Source: Clostridiales bacterium
GTDB lineage: Bacteria > Bacillota > Clostridia > Christensenellales > CAG-314
Direction: 5' to 3'
NCBI GenBank assembly: GCA_022508375.1
Contig: JAFLVJ010000005.1
Coordinates: forward strand, 5,004 to 69,003
DNA length: 64,000 bases
Part shown: one piece after another, positions 22,988 through 33,761 of the stretch
Layout: the number at the start of each line of letters is the position of its first letter
How positions within the stretch are numbered: the stretch's first letter is position 1
Translations under genes and position numbers: made by a program
The notes under the pieces: model-generated
Databases searched by the model: none
The model's input: only the letters and a program-made list of their open reading frames with translations
Told to the model about the DNA's origin: nothing

Positions 22988-24156
22988 TATTTGTCTCCTT
23001 TGCCGATTTTGCTCAAAAACGAGAAAAACCCGCCTTTATTCTTATTTTTGTTAGAAGTAATTGCTTCGTATATGAGTCCGTAACTGGAAGTGTACTCATT
23101 GCGATTGGTTTGTGGATTGACGCTTGTGTACAACTGCACACGTTTACCAAGATGTTGAGATAAGCAATCGACACCGCCACGCAGATATGCCAAGCCACCG
23201 CCTGTCAAGATTATCGGAGTATTAGCGGGTATTTCCTTATCGCACGTCTGAAAACTCCTGATGATATAATCGGCAATTTGAGCGATACGCTCTTTGACCG
23301 CCCCGTTGGTTTGACTAGCTTCAAATGCACGACCGTTGATGGAGTATGCATCCCCCGGCTTTACTTCCAGATTGAGGTTTACCTTTTCCAATGCCGCCAT
23401 GGCATGCTCGAAGTCGCAACCGATAACCAAGCGCAAGTCACTTGCAAAGTAGCCACTACCGAGAGCAAACGTCCTTTGGAACAGTAACCCCTTGCCTCCG
23501 CTAAGCATAACGTTGGTTGTTATATAACCGATATCGATAACAATCGAATATCCCTCGCGCATATTGAAACTGGATAGATATCCCGCTTGCGCCTCGCATG
23601 CATTGATGTAGTTAACTCTGTTTATGCCTCTATCCACAAGAATGGGTGCAATTGTGTTGCGGAAAGCTCTTTTCATAAAAGAGAATGAAACCAATGCCGT
23701 AAGCTTATTGGCAATAGCGCCCAGCGGATCATAAGTCTTGATAGCGCCATCCAAAATAAAATACACGGGTTTACCGGACAAATACGCGAAGTCGTCACCG
23801 CTCTTGTAGATATCCGCTTTTTTCACCAGTTCGTCTATATCGTCTTGATCAATCTTCTTTCTCGAGTGGAAGGTTGTGGAAGCTTCGCTTGTCAACAACG
23901 AGCAAAAAGCCCCGGGAACACCTACGTAAATTTCCTTTACGTCACATTTAATCTTACCTTCTACTTGCGAAATTGCCTGACTGACCGCAGATTCAAGCAT
24001 AGACGGTTCAAAAAAACCATTTTCGTCAAAACCGCTGTAATTGGCTTGTCCCACTGCTTTTATGATAAATTCGCCGTTATCCGACAGCTTGGACGCAGCC
24101 ATACAAGTGATTTTACCCGAACCGAAATCCAAAATCGTTACAAAATTGTTTTTCAT
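22987..24156 (-). CDS. ftsA: cell division protein FtsA (divergent)
   Basis: LDFGSGKI, IDIGYITT, LTGGG actin-fold motifs; upstream of ftsZ. Confidence 0.88.
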   Translation of the reverse strand: MKNNFVTILDFGSGKITCMAASKLSDNGEFIIKAVGQANYSGFDENGFFEPSMLESAVSQAISQVEGKIKCDVKEIYVGVPGAFCSLLTSEASTTFHSRKKIDQDDIDELVKKADIYKSGDDFAYLSGKPVYFILDGAIKTYDPLGAIANKLTALVSFSFMKRAFRNTIAPILVDRGINRVNYINACEAQAGYLSSFNMREGYSIVIDIGYITTNVMLSGGKGLLFQRTFALGSGYFASDLRLVIGCDFEHAMAALEKVNLNLEVKPGDAYSINGRAFEASQTNGAVKERIAQIADYIIRSFQTCDKEIPANTPIILTGGGLAYLRGGVDCLSQHLGKRVQLYTSVNPQTNRNEYTSSYGLIYEAITSNKNKNKGGFFSFLSKIGKGDK

Positions 24157-24192
24157 ATGTTCCTCTATATAATTTTTTCTCCAAACGACGCT

Positions 24193-25008
24193 TTATTTGT
24201 TGGGATCGGGGGTCTTGATACGACCGTTTTTGTAAACGGTAATCTCCCAATTAGATCCTTGCAAATTTACATTAGAGTTGTAATAAACACCGTAAGCCTT
24301 TTGCAACCTTGCGGCTAAATCCGTTTCAGGTGATAGCAACCTGATTGTACCGCCCGTACGCAAATTTAAGATCATACTATCGTCAACAAATTTGAAAGCA
24401 TTTGTAGGAAGCAAAACTTCGTCCATTTGATCAATTTCCACGTAACATTGCCAGGTAGCCAGTATTGCTTGCAAAACGTAGCCTAGGCGTAAGTTATTTT
24501 CTTCGGAAGCGAACTTGAACGTTCCGTCCTTGGGTTGCTCCGTCGCTGCATCGGTAGGATTACTAAAAGCCGAAGTAATATCCAGACACTGCACGTCCTC
24601 CGACACGCCTGTAACCCTGCATCCGAATGAGTCCAAATACACAACTTCACCCGACGATGTCAGTTTAGCTATTGCCGTACGTTTTACAAAGTGAATTTCC
24701 AAAATATTGGGGAAACTTTTTACCACGGCAAAAGCATGCCACTGCGCATACTCCGGATTTGACTTTAGCTTCGCATTTACTTCCGTCAAGAAATTGCTTT
24801 TTGACAAGAAAATCGTACTTTTTCCTTTGGCAATAGATTCTATCGCTTCAATGGGAATTCCACCGTCGGGAGCAGTGGTAAGACGCCCCTCAAAGTTATG
24901 GTAACTGAAATCAACGTGTCTGACGGAAAATACCGATGCCAACACGACTATAATTACCACAACGACTGCTACTATAGCCAATGATACAAGAAGCTTTTTG
25001 CTTTTCAC
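24193..25008 (-). CDS. FtsQ/DivIB-like protein
   Basis: N-terminal TM then POTRA-like segment (KSFPNILEIHF..R); dcw position. Confidence 0.7.
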   Translation of the reverse strand: MKSKKLLVSLAIVAVVVVIIVVLASVFSVRHVDFSYHNFEGRLTTAPDGGIPIEAIESIAKGKSTIFLSKSNFLTEVNAKLKSNPEYAQWHAFAVVKSFPNILEIHFVKRTAIAKLTSSGEVVYLDSFGCRVTGVSEDVQCLDITSAFSNPTDAATEQPKDGTFKFASEENNLRLGYVLQAILATWQCYVEIDQMDEVLLPTNAFKFVDDSMILNLRTGGTIRLLSPETDLAARLQKAYGVYYNSNVNLQGSNWEITVYKNGRIKTPDPNK

Positions 25009-25173
25009 TTGTAACTCCTTCTGACTGAAAAGTTTATAAACTAGCCAATTTTTGTAACATAATTATACTACTATTAGAAATAATAGTCAATAAAAAAGCG
25101 TTATTGAATGAAATTTTTCGTCATATTTTCAAAGAAAAAAGAAATCAAAAAAAATGTCATGCCATAGCTTGAA

Positions 25174-26415
25174 CTATGGAATGACATTTATATCTGCACC
25201 TAACGTACGCAAATTTTGAGCCAAATTAACATACCCGCGATTTACATGCTCTATACCGCTAACGCTGCTTGTGCCTGTGGCGTTTAACGCTGCAATCACC
25301 AGACCTGCTCCGCCGCGCAAATCGTAAGCTGTAACCTGTGCTCCACAAAGACTGCTTCCTTCTATATTAGCCACGTCATTATTGACCGTAATGCGAGCAC
25401 CCATTTTGTTGAGTTGTTGAGCATTATGCAGCAACCTGTTTTCAAAAAGTTTTTCAACAATTTGCGTTCGACCGCAACAGCAAGATGCCAAAGAAAGCAA
25501 CAGTGATTGCATGTCTGTAGGAAACAGCGGATAAGGTGCGGTGACAATTTTTCCGTAACCGTTTGGCGTTTTGTTCACCATTACACGTATCGCATTGTCA
25601 TATTGTTTGATGTATGCGTGTGGAATAAGCACGTTTAGAAACGCTTGCATATGTAAGGGATTACAGTTTGTAATAGTGACGTCACCCATAGTTGCAACAG
25701 TTGCAGAAATATATGTTGCGGCAACTATTCTGTCCGGAATAACGTCAAATTCGGCACCGTGAAGTTTTTCCACGCCCACTATCTTCAACGTCGAAGTACC
25801 CACGCCTTGTATCTTTGCGCCCATCTTTACAAGCAGTTGTTCCAACGCCGTTACTTCAGGCTCCATAGCGCAATTTGCAAGCACGGATTCTCCTTCCGCC
25901 AACGCACATGCACACAGCATATTTTCCGTTGCACCGACGCTTGCCATACGCAACGTGTATTGCGCACCAACAGGCTTACCCTTGCAAATTACCATGTCGT
26001 CACTACTGTCAACGGTTACACCCAACGCCTTGAGTCCATTTAAATGTATATCCATGGGACGCGAGCCAATTGCACAACCTCCCGGGAGAGGCAAATTTGC
26101 ACCGTGATACTTTGCAACGGTGCTTCCCAAAACAAGCGCGGATCCACGTAGCAGATTTGCAATATCTCGTGGCGCGGAAGTCGTAGTTAATGCACCGCTT
26201 ACCGACACAGTGTCATCACTGCGCGATATGCGCTTTCCCATCGATGACAACAATAGCAACATATTTTCTACGTCAACTATGCTTGGACAGTTGTGTAAAA
26301 CTACCTGTTCGTCCGTTAAAACCGTTGCGCCAAGCAACGCTAAGGCACAGTTTTTTGCTCCGTAATCGGCGATTTCTCCACTGAGCCTAGCTCCGCCGTT
26401 GATTATGTAATCCAT
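25174..26415 (-). CDS. murA: UDP-N-acetylglucosamine 1-carboxyvinyltransferase
   Basis: GAKN, PGGCAIGSRP (catalytic Cys), SVGATEN, PTDMQ, DLRGGA. Confidence 0.93.
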   Translation of the reverse strand: MDYIINGGARLSGEIADYGAKNCALALLGATVLTDEQVVLHNCPSIVDVENMLLLLSSMGKRISRSDDTVSVSGALTTTSAPRDIANLLRGSALVLGSTVAKYHGANLPLPGGCAIGSRPMDIHLNGLKALGVTVDSSDDMVICKGKPVGAQYTLRMASVGATENMLCACALAEGESVLANCAMEPEVTALEQLLVKMGAKIQGVGTSTLKIVGVEKLHGAEFDVIPDRIVAATYISATVATMGDVTITNCNPLHMQAFLNVLIPHAYIKQYDNAIRVMVNKTPNGYGKIVTAPYPLFPTDMQSLLLSLASCCCGRTQIVEKLFENRLLHNAQQLNKMGARITVNNDVANIEGSSLCGAQVTAYDLRGGAGLVIAALNATGTSSVSGIEHVNRGYVNLAQNLRTLGADINVIP

Positions 26416-27518
26416 AGTTTCACTCCAAAATCATTTTCGTAAACACGTTGTGACAGGTTAAGTAATATCCCCATTGCCGTCATAAACACCACCAGTGACG
26501 TTCCGCCGTAACTTATGAATGGTAACGGTAGCCCCGTTGGCGGAATGCTACCTGTCACCACGGCAAAGTTGAGCAGTGACTGTACTGCAACCACCGCAGA
26601 TATTCCACCTGCCAGATAACAGCCGAATTTATCCTTGCTGTTAACTGCAATACGCACTCCGCGCAGTATTACAACAAAATAAAGCGCAAATACAATCAAA
26701 CAACCGAAAAGTCCCGTTTCCTCACCGATAACGGAAAAAATAAAGTCACTTTCGGCAAAGGGTAAAAAACGGTACTTCTGTCTGCTGTTAAATAGCCCCA
26801 CGCCAAACCAACCGCCGCTTCCCAATGCATACAAAGACTGTATCAGCTGATATCCTTCTTCCTTAGGTGACGCCCAAGGGTCAACAAATGCCAACAGACG
26901 TTGCAAACGGTACGGTTCCATAATGATAAGCAGCGGAACGGCCAGCACTACGGGAATAAGCATAAGCAGAAAGTACTTCCATTTCATACCACCAAGGTAC
27001 AGCATGATGATCATCAGCAATGCAACGCACATGGTTATCGACATGTTCGGTTCGGCAATTATCAATACGCAAAGCACTACTCCAACGATAATCTGCGGAA
27101 GAAAACTGCGGAATTTGGACATGTCCAACTTGGACATTATCGCAGCGCAAAACAGTATGTAGGCAAACTTGGCAATTTCCGACGGTTGCATGGAAAAACT
27201 GCCCACGCCGATCCACCGACGCGCGCCGTAGTTTTCGATACTGATTCCGGGGACGAACACCAATGCCAACAGCACCACCGACAGCACTACGCCCACAATC
27301 CAAAGTTTTTGAATAAACTCCAGCTTGATACGGGAGGCAATAAGCATTGCCACCAAACCAATAAGCGCGCCTATTGCCTGTTTCGTCACGAAGAAATATT
27401 TGTTGCCGTAGGTAATTTGTGCCGAGTAACTACTGGCGCTGTACACAAACAGCAAGCCAATAAGCACCAAACTTATTACCGCGCCAAACAATATGTAATC
27501 AATTCGCCGTTTCACCAA
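26403..27518 (-). CDS. SEDS peptidoglycan polymerase FtsW/SpoVE
   Basis: GARRWI, QPSEIAK, ESDFIF, TGLPLPFISYGGTSL. Confidence 0.92.
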   Translation of the reverse strand: MVKRRIDYILFGAVISLVLIGLLFVYSASSYSAQITYGNKYFFVTKQAIGALIGLVAMLIASRIKLEFIQKLWIVGVVLSVVLLALVFVPGISIENYGARRWIGVGSFSMQPSEIAKFAYILFCAAIMSKLDMSKFRSFLPQIIVGVVLCVLIIAEPNMSITMCVALLMIIMLYLGGMKWKYFLLMLIPVVLAVPLLIIMEPYRLQRLLAFVDPWASPKEEGYQLIQSLYALGSGGWFGVGLFNSRQKYRFLPFAESDFIFSVIGEETGLFGCLIVFALYFVVILRGVRIAVNSKDKFGCYLAGGISAVVAVQSLLNFAVVTGSIPPTGLPLPFISYGGTSLVVFMTAMGILLNLSQRVYENDFGVKLWIT

Positions 27519-28785
27519 TTAAATCCGCAACCACCTTTTGAAAGTATTCGCCACGCTCTATGTAACTGCTAAATTTATCAAAACTCGCGCATGCGTTAGA
27601 CATAAGAACAACTCCGCCGATTGGCTTGATTGTTTCGTAACAGAAACGCGTAGCGTCCCGTATATCCTCAAATTGCATCACTTTAACATCGTATTTGTTG
27701 CCACACGCAGAAATATGACAAGCCGTTTCGCCCGTTGCAACTACCAACTTGACATTGGGTTGTATGGCGTTAAATATTGCGTCGTAGTTTTCGCCCTTAT
27801 CCGAACCACCGACAATAACTGCAATATTACACGAAAAGCAACCGAGAGCACTTACCGTAGCCGCAACGTTGGTTGCTTTGCTGTCATCGACAAACGTAAC
27901 CCCGCAAGCGGTAGCAACCCTTTGTAATCTATGCGGTAAAAACTTGTAACTTTCAATTGCGTTGACAGCTTGCTTTGCAGGTACACCTACACAACAACTT
28001 GCAAGTATTGCACCTAACGCATTACTGAGATTATGTCGTGGAAGTTGAGAAAGAAAGTCTGATTCTATCCGCACACGATTCATGCCGTCCTGCAATACTA
28101 CTCCGCCGTCATAAAAGCAATTAGCACGTTGGTCGCTTACCGAATAGTAAAGCCTGCTACACTTGCATTTATCCGACAATCCTACTACCGCGCTGTCGTC
28201 CAAATTAAATATCGCATATCCGTCTTTTTGATGAACGAAATTATTAACTTTTGCATTTGAGTAATCTTCAAAGCTTGCATGATAATTCAAATGATCGGGT
28301 GCAAGGTTGGTAAAGACACTGACGTAAGGTGCAAAGTTTACACAGTCGGTAAGTTGAAAACTGGAACTTTCCAATACAACAATCTCATTGTCATGCACGT
28401 CCAATACTTGCGAAGAAAACGGAACGCCACCGTTTCCCAATAACCGTGAGGGAACACTACAACGTTGCAACACATGATAAATCATTTCGCATGTAGTTGT
28501 CTTGCCGTTCGTTCCTGTGACTGATATACACTTACCTTTACAAAGCGGAAAACAAAATTCAAGTTCACCCACAAGTCTTGCGCCACAACTTTTGGCAAGT
28601 CGAATTCCCTTTGCACTTGGAGGTATTCCCGGACTGAGCAAAACAATACTGTTCGGGGTAAAACTTGCAACACCGTCAAAGCCATGTTCGTCATCATACA
28701 TTACTGCGCTTTTACCGAGTGAAGTCAACATTTTTACAAGATTTTGCCCCGTTTTACCTCTCCCGTACACTATTATGTCTGACAT
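27499..28785 (-). CDS. murD: UDP-N-acetylmuramoyl-L-alanine--D-glutamate ligase
   Basis: SPGIP, TGTNGKTTT, ESSSFQL, DHL..H, DSKATN, ASFD.F..RG. Confidence 0.93.
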   Translation of the reverse strand: MSDIIVYGRGKTGQNLVKMLTSLGKSAVMYDDEHGFDGVASFTPNSIVLLSPGIPPSAKGIRLAKSCGARLVGELEFCFPLCKGKCISVTGTNGKTTTCEMIYHVLQRCSVPSRLLGNGGVPFSSQVLDVHDNEIVVLESSSFQLTDCVNFAPYVSVFTNLAPDHLNYHASFEDYSNAKVNNFVHQKDGYAIFNLDDSAVVGLSDKCKCSRLYYSVSDQRANCFYDGGVVLQDGMNRVRIESDFLSQLPRHNLSNALGAILASCCVGVPAKQAVNAIESYKFLPHRLQRVATACGVTFVDDSKATNVAATVSALGCFSCNIAVIVGGSDKGENYDAIFNAIQPNVKLVVATGETACHISACGNKYDVKVMQFEDIRDATRFCYETIKPIGGVVLMSNACASFDKFSSYIERGEYFQKVVADLIGETAN

Positions 28786-28786
28786 A

Positions 28787-29779
28787 TTATTCTCCAAGAC
28801 ACATGAAAATTAAGGTAATAAACACTGTGACAACGCTATACAGTACGCAAATGCGCGTTTCGCTCCATTGTTTCTTTTGCAGGTGATGATGGAACGGCGC
28901 CATTAAAAATATGCGCTTGCCCTTGGTTGCCTTGAAGTAAACAACCTGCATGATGACAGATACGCTTGACACAACAAACATTATTCCCAGTATCGGAATA
29001 AACAGGCTCATACGCGTAAAGATAGCAACACACGCCACCATTGCGCCCAAGGCAAGCGATCCCGTATCGCCCATAAACACCTTAGCGTTGTTGCAATTAA
29101 ATAGCAAAAACGCAACCAGCGCCCCACAACTAATGTAGCAAAGCGTAATCAAATCCTGCGTCTGCTTGTATGCGTAGGTATCGCCAACGCCCTCCAGTAC
29201 AGTCAATTCACGATTCAACAGCGCTATCATTCCCGCCATAAAACAAATGGTCGTACTTGTAGCCAATCCGTCTATACCGTCTGTTAAGTTTACACTGTTG
29301 GTACAGGCGAGATAGATAAATATTACCAGTGGTATAATCCAAAAACCAATACGAACCTGCTTGTCCGTAAATGGAATACGAAGCTTATCGCCAATCGCAA
29401 TATCACCGTAAACAAATATTGCCACTAACACCGCTATTGCCAGTTGCACTATTATCTTTTGATAGGCGTGTAGTCCCATATTGCGCTTGTATCGAATCTT
29501 GATAAAATCATCCAAAAATCCCACAATGCCGTATGCGAAAAAAACGGCTACCGCCACCGCCGTTGCGCGATTTTGCCAACTGCAAAATATCGATGAAACC
29601 AATGTGATTGCCAAAATAAAGGCAATACCGCCCATCGTAGGCGTTCCTTGCTTATTGCTGTGTTCTGTGACGTAGCTCAGTATTTCCTGTCCCGCCTTGA
29701 GTCGTCTCAATAACGGCAATATCATCCCGCATAGTAGCAGACACAGCGCAAAGGCGACCAAAAAAGATAACGCTTGCAT
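28787..29779 (-). CDS. mraY: phospho-N-acetylmuramoyl-pentapeptide transferase
   Basis: KQGTPTMGG, NLTDGIDGL, FMGDTGS, APFHHH. Confidence 0.96.
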   Translation of the reverse strand: MQALSFLVAFALCLLLCGMILPLLRRLKAGQEILSYVTEHSNKQGTPTMGGIAFILAITLVSSIFCSWQNRATAVAVAVFFAYGIVGFLDDFIKIRYKRNMGLHAYQKIIVQLAIAVLVAIFVYGDIAIGDKLRIPFTDKQVRIGFWIIPLVIFIYLACTNSVNLTDGIDGLATSTTICFMAGMIALLNRELTVLEGVGDTYAYKQTQDLITLCYISCGALVAFLLFNCNNAKVFMGDTGSLALGAMVACVAIFTRMSLFIPILGIMFVVSSVSVIMQVVYFKATKGKRIFLMAPFHHHLQKKQWSETRICVLYSVVTVFITLIFMCLGE

Positions 29780-29821
29780 AGCACTCCTTTTTACTTTTGA
29801 ATATTATGTACTTTAGCAACA

Positions 29822-31249
29822 CTACTCTATGCGTAAAAGATTTCGTACAACCTCAACGTCCGAGTAGGGAAACTTACGTCCGCGTATTTCCTGATATTCC
29901 TCAGCGCCTTTCCCGAGAATTGCAACGGTATCTTCACTTGTCGCAATGGACAAGGCGTACTCCGTAGCCTGTGAACGGTTTAAGACGACCTTGTACTTAC
30001 ACGTCAGTCTTTCGGATACGTCCTGCGCGATAAGTTTGGGATCTTCGTAACGTGGATTGTCATTTGTGAGTATTGCGAAGTCGGCAAACTGAGATACTTT
30101 TTCCGCCATCAATGGACGCTTAAATTTGTCTCGGTTGCCACCGCATCCAAACACTACAATGAGTTTACCAACCGTGGTACGACGCAAAAAGGACAAAATA
30201 TTGCTTATTCCGTCGGGAGTATGCGCAAAGTCAACCACTATACGCGCTCCGTCCGAGCGTACAATGGTTTCATTTCGTCCGCTTACGCAGTTAACATCAC
30301 CGATTGCCGAAGATATCGTATCAATATCCACCCCCAACACCGACGCACAAGTTGCCGCTGCCAGCGTGTTGTAAACGTTGAATATCCCTGCAAGATGCGT
30401 AGTGATAATTGTGGACTGTCCAAATAGCTCCACTCGATAAGTTGACTTATCCTTATCCACGTGAACGTCGGTCGCTACGATATCCGCATCGCCTTCAACC
30501 GAATAGGTCGCACAAGGCGAAAAGGAGGATATTTCTTTACCGAGATCGTCGTCAACGTTTACTACTACATTTTTGACGTATTTTTCAGTAAAAAAACTCT
30601 TTTTTGTTTGTGCGTAATTTTCCATTGTTCGGAAGAAGTCCAAATGATCCTGTGAAAAATTGGTAAATATGGCAACTTCTGAAAGTATTCCTTGCATTTT
30701 TTTGAGCGCAATAGCGTGGGCGGATACTTCCATTATCACAATTTCCACGTTGTTGAGATACATCTGTCTAAACCAGTAATGAAGCTCAATCGGGTCGGGA
30801 GTAGTAAGTGAACTTGTATGTCGTTGTCCGTTGAAAAAGACTCCGTTTGTCCCAATAACCGCAGTTTTGTATCCGGCTCTGGACAATATCGCATCCAGTA
30901 CGTACGAAGTGGAAGTTTTACCGTTAGTTCCCACAATGGATACAATCTTTAATCTGTCAACACAACTGTCGTAAAAATTTTTCGCAGCAATACCCATCAC
31001 ACTACGAGCGTCATCTACGATAATTTGCAAAGCCTGCGTTTCCAACGGTCTTTCGGTAACGATTGCAACAGCTCCGTCACCTATTGCCTTGCGAAAGAAA
31101 TCGTGCCCGTCGTACTTGCTACCCTTCAGACAAAAGAACAGACACCCTTGTTTTACCTGTGACGTATCGCAAGCAAGACTTGTAATTTCGGGGTTACTTT
31201 CACCTATCATGCGGTAGCTAACGCCGTTTAGTATTTGTTGAAGATACAT
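29822..31249 (-). CDS. murE: UDP-MurNAc-tripeptide synthetase (mDAP-type)
   Basis: GTNGKTS, MEVSAH, DHLDF, DFAHTPD, DNPR (DAP specificity motif). Confidence 0.93.
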   Translation of the reverse strand: MYLQQILNGVSYRMIGESNPEITSLACDTSQVKQGCLFFCLKGSKYDGHDFFRKAIGDGAVAIVTERPLETQALQIIVDDARSVMGIAAKNFYDSCVDRLKIVSIVGTNGKTSTSYVLDAILSRAGYKTAVIGTNGVFFNGQRHTSSLTTPDPIELHYWFRQMYLNNVEIVIMEVSAHAIALKKMQGILSEVAIFTNFSQDHLDFFRTMENYAQTKKSFFTEKYVKNVVVNVDDDLGKEISSFSPCATYSVEGDADIVATDVHVDKDKSTYRVELFGQSTIITTHLAGIFNVYNTLAAATCASVLGVDIDTISSAIGDVNCVSGRNETIVRSDGARIVVDFAHTPDGISNILSFLRRTTVGKLIVVFGCGGNRDKFKRPLMAEKVSQFADFAILTNDNPRYEDPKLIAQDVSERLTCKYKVVLNRSQATEYALSIATSEDTVAILGKGAEEYQEIRGRKFPYSDVEVVRNLLRIE

Positions 31250-31375
31250 AGCACAACTCCACAAAAAAATAATCCATACGGGTTGTCCGTATAGATTATT
31301 TTATTTGATAACAATATAATTTATGATTGAAAGCCCATAACATTCAATATATCAATCCGCTTAAGCGCCCTAGGA

Positions 31376-33112
31376 TCATTCCAAGGGCGTAATGTTTTTG
31401 TAATTTATTATTTCGCGAAACACAAGTCCGGCGTAAGGCGCGGCAACGATTGATCCGTAGCTTTGTCCTTCCGGTTCGTCCACGATCATCAGGCACAGAT
31501 ATTTGGGACTGCTTGCGGGGAAAAATCCTATAAACGAAGACACGTACTTACCGGTCGCCAAGGCACCGTCAACGAATTTCTGCGCCGTTCCCGTTTTACC
31601 GCCCACCTGATATCCTTCTATATAGGCGTTTTTGCCACCACCTTCCTTTACAACCCGTTGGAGCATAGTTGCAATTTGTTTGCTTGTATCTTCACTTATC
31701 GCGCGATTTACAACCGTCGGCGAAAATCTCTTTACAACCTGTCCTGTTGTGGGATCTGCTATTTCTTTTACAAGATACGGTTGCATGAGCAATCCGCCGT
31801 TTACAGCGGCGGACGTTGCCATACACAGCTGCAATGCCGTAACGGCAATCGTCTGTCCAAAGCCTATACGCGCCAAATCTCCGTTTGTAACGGCGCTTTG
31901 CGGAACAAGTATTCCCGCCTGTTCCCCTGCAAAGTCAATTCCCGTAGTGCTTCCGTAGCCGAATTTGTGCAAGTAGTCATACATCGTATTTTTGCCAAGC
32001 GACAACGCTATATCGGTAAAAATAGGGTTACAGCTGTTGTTTAACGCGTCGGAAAGATTTTGGTTGGAGTGTTTTCCGTTGGCATGCTTTGTCCAGCAGC
32101 TAATTTTCGACCCGTCGATTATGCGCGTACCTGCGGAATTACCGAAGATGTGTTCGGCGGAAAAAGCCTTACTGTTGCCCTTGCGATATTCCTCAAGACA
32201 CGCCGATGCAGTCAACACCTTGAAGGTTGAACCCGGCTCGTACACATCTGTAAGCAACGTGTTTTTGGAATACTTCATCAAATACTCCAAGTTGTCACGC
32301 GGTAGATTGTTGAGGTCAACGCTTGGCTTTGACGCCATGGCAAGTATTTCGCCTGTCGTAACGTCCAATACAATACAGCGCGCCGCCTGTGGCTTTTGTT
32401 GATACATAGCAAGTTGCAATACGTTTTCCACTATTGTCTGTATTGCAACATCAATAGTAAGCGTTACCGTCAAACCGTTAACTGCAGGAATGTAGGTCAT
32501 TGACCCTTGATCCAGTTCGTCGCCCACCAAGTCTGTTTCGGTGAGCAACATGCCGTTTATACCTTGCAAGTATTTGTCGTAATACGCTTCTATACCTGTC
32601 TGACCGACGCCGTCACTCGACACGAAGCCTAGCACCTGAGACAGAAAATCACCATAAACGTAGCTACGTAAGCCCTCAGAAGAAAGATACACACCCTCAA
32701 GGTTGTAACTGCGCAACTCCTCCGCCTTGGCGGTATCGATTTGTCGTTTAACGGTAACTTCCGACACACCACGTTTTACCAGCTTGTCGTACACCGATTG
32801 ATAATCCAATTCAAGCACATCCGAAATAACCTGTGCGCACCGTTCGGGGTCATCTACACTTTTTGGACGAGCGTACACACTGTAACCCGTTTCCGTAGTA
32901 GCAATCAGGTTACCGTTCGTATCCACGATATCCCCACGGTACGCCTTTATCGGCAAATCACGTTGCCATTGCTCCGCTGCTCTCGCTTGCAAGTCCCTAC
33001 CCCAAACTACTTGTATATACGCCAAACGTAAAAATATTACCGATAATAAAAAAATTGCCGCCACAATAAGTGTCAGCAATCTTTTTTTTGTAACGAAGTA
33101 ACTATGTTGCAA
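31376..33112 (-). CDS. class B penicillin-binding protein, SpoVD-like
   Basis: RGDIVD, EPGSTFK (SxxK), SCN, GKTGTAQ; no PASTA domain seen; probable TTG start at 33112. Confidence 0.9.
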   Translation of the reverse strand: MQHSYFVTKKRLLTLIVAAIFLLSVIFLRLAYIQVVWGRDLQARAAEQWQRDLPIKAYRGDIVDTNGNLIATTETGYSVYARPKSVDDPERCAQVISDVLELDYQSVYDKLVKRGVSEVTVKRQIDTAKAEELRSYNLEGVYLSSEGLRSYVYGDFLSQVLGFVSSDGVGQTGIEAYYDKYLQGINGMLLTETDLVGDELDQGSMTYIPAVNGLTVTLTIDVAIQTIVENVLQLAMYQQKPQAARCIVLDVTTGEILAMASKPSVDLNNLPRDNLEYLMKYSKNTLLTDVYEPGSTFKVLTASACLEEYRKGNSKAFSAEHIFGNSAGTRIIDGSKISCWTKHANGKHSNQNLSDALNNSCNPIFTDIALSLGKNTMYDYLHKFGYGSTTGIDFAGEQAGILVPQSAVTNGDLARIGFGQTIAVTALQLCMATSAAVNGGLLMQPYLVKEIADPTTGQVVKRFSPTVVNRAISEDTSKQIATMLQRVVKEGGGKNAYIEGYQVGGKTGTAQKFVDGALATGKYVSSFIGFFPASSPKYLCLMIVDEPEGQSYGSIVAAPYAGLVFREIINYKNITPLE

Positions 33113-33113
33113 A

Positions 33114-33749
33114 TTATCCCCCAAAAACGCCACATAACCAATCGCACAATGAGTCGAACCAGTTAGATTCAACATGGAAATTTTGCGCGGGTCTTGTTTC
33201 CAGCTCGGTGTACTCCATAGTGGTTGAGTTGGCAGCGTCAATGTAACCCAATTCTGCTGCGCGCTTAGCCAACTGCGCAAAATCTTCTTCCTGAGTAGCA
33301 GCAACAAGATCATCCAATGAAGATGATACTTCGGAATACTCCGTATTAAGCAATGCAGCAGAACTAAACGCGCCGGTTACATATACCGAGCACAGCGTTA
33401 CTGCAATAATCAACGCCAATACGACAACAGCGTAGCTTGCAATAGCCACCTTGGTTTTCGTGTTCATCTTGGTAGCCGTTTGCGTGTTTTGAGCAGCATA
33501 CTCGCGTTGATAGCTCATCTTGAGCGTCTGGTCGGAAGGTCTCAGATCATCTGTCGTTACAGTTTCCTGTACTTCAATAGTATCCCAGGGGCCAAGTCTT
33601 TCTTGAATACTGGAAAGAGAAAATTCCTGCTCTTCCTGTGTTTCTTGACCGAATCCTTCCGCATAGGACGTCTTGATATCAGCATAAACGTCTTGCTGCG
33701 GTTGTTGTTGAAATTGAGATTTATTCCATTGTTGCATTATATTCACCAC
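33114..33749 (-). CDS. FtsL-position bitopic protein
   Basis: TM, coiled coil, A..LGY motif; between rsmH and the PBP gene. Confidence 0.6.
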   Translation of the reverse strand: MVNIMQQWNKSQFQQQPQQDVYADIKTSYAEGFGQETQEEQEFSLSSIQERLGPWDTIEVQETVTTDDLRPSDQTLKMSYQREYAAQNTQTATKMNTKTKVAIASYAVVVLALIIAVTLCSVYVTGAFSSAALLNTEYSEVSSSLDDLVAATQEEDFAQLAKRAAELGYIDAANSTTMEYTELETRPAQNFHVESNWFDSLCDWLCGVFGG

Positions 33750-33761
33750 CTTGGGAAATAA

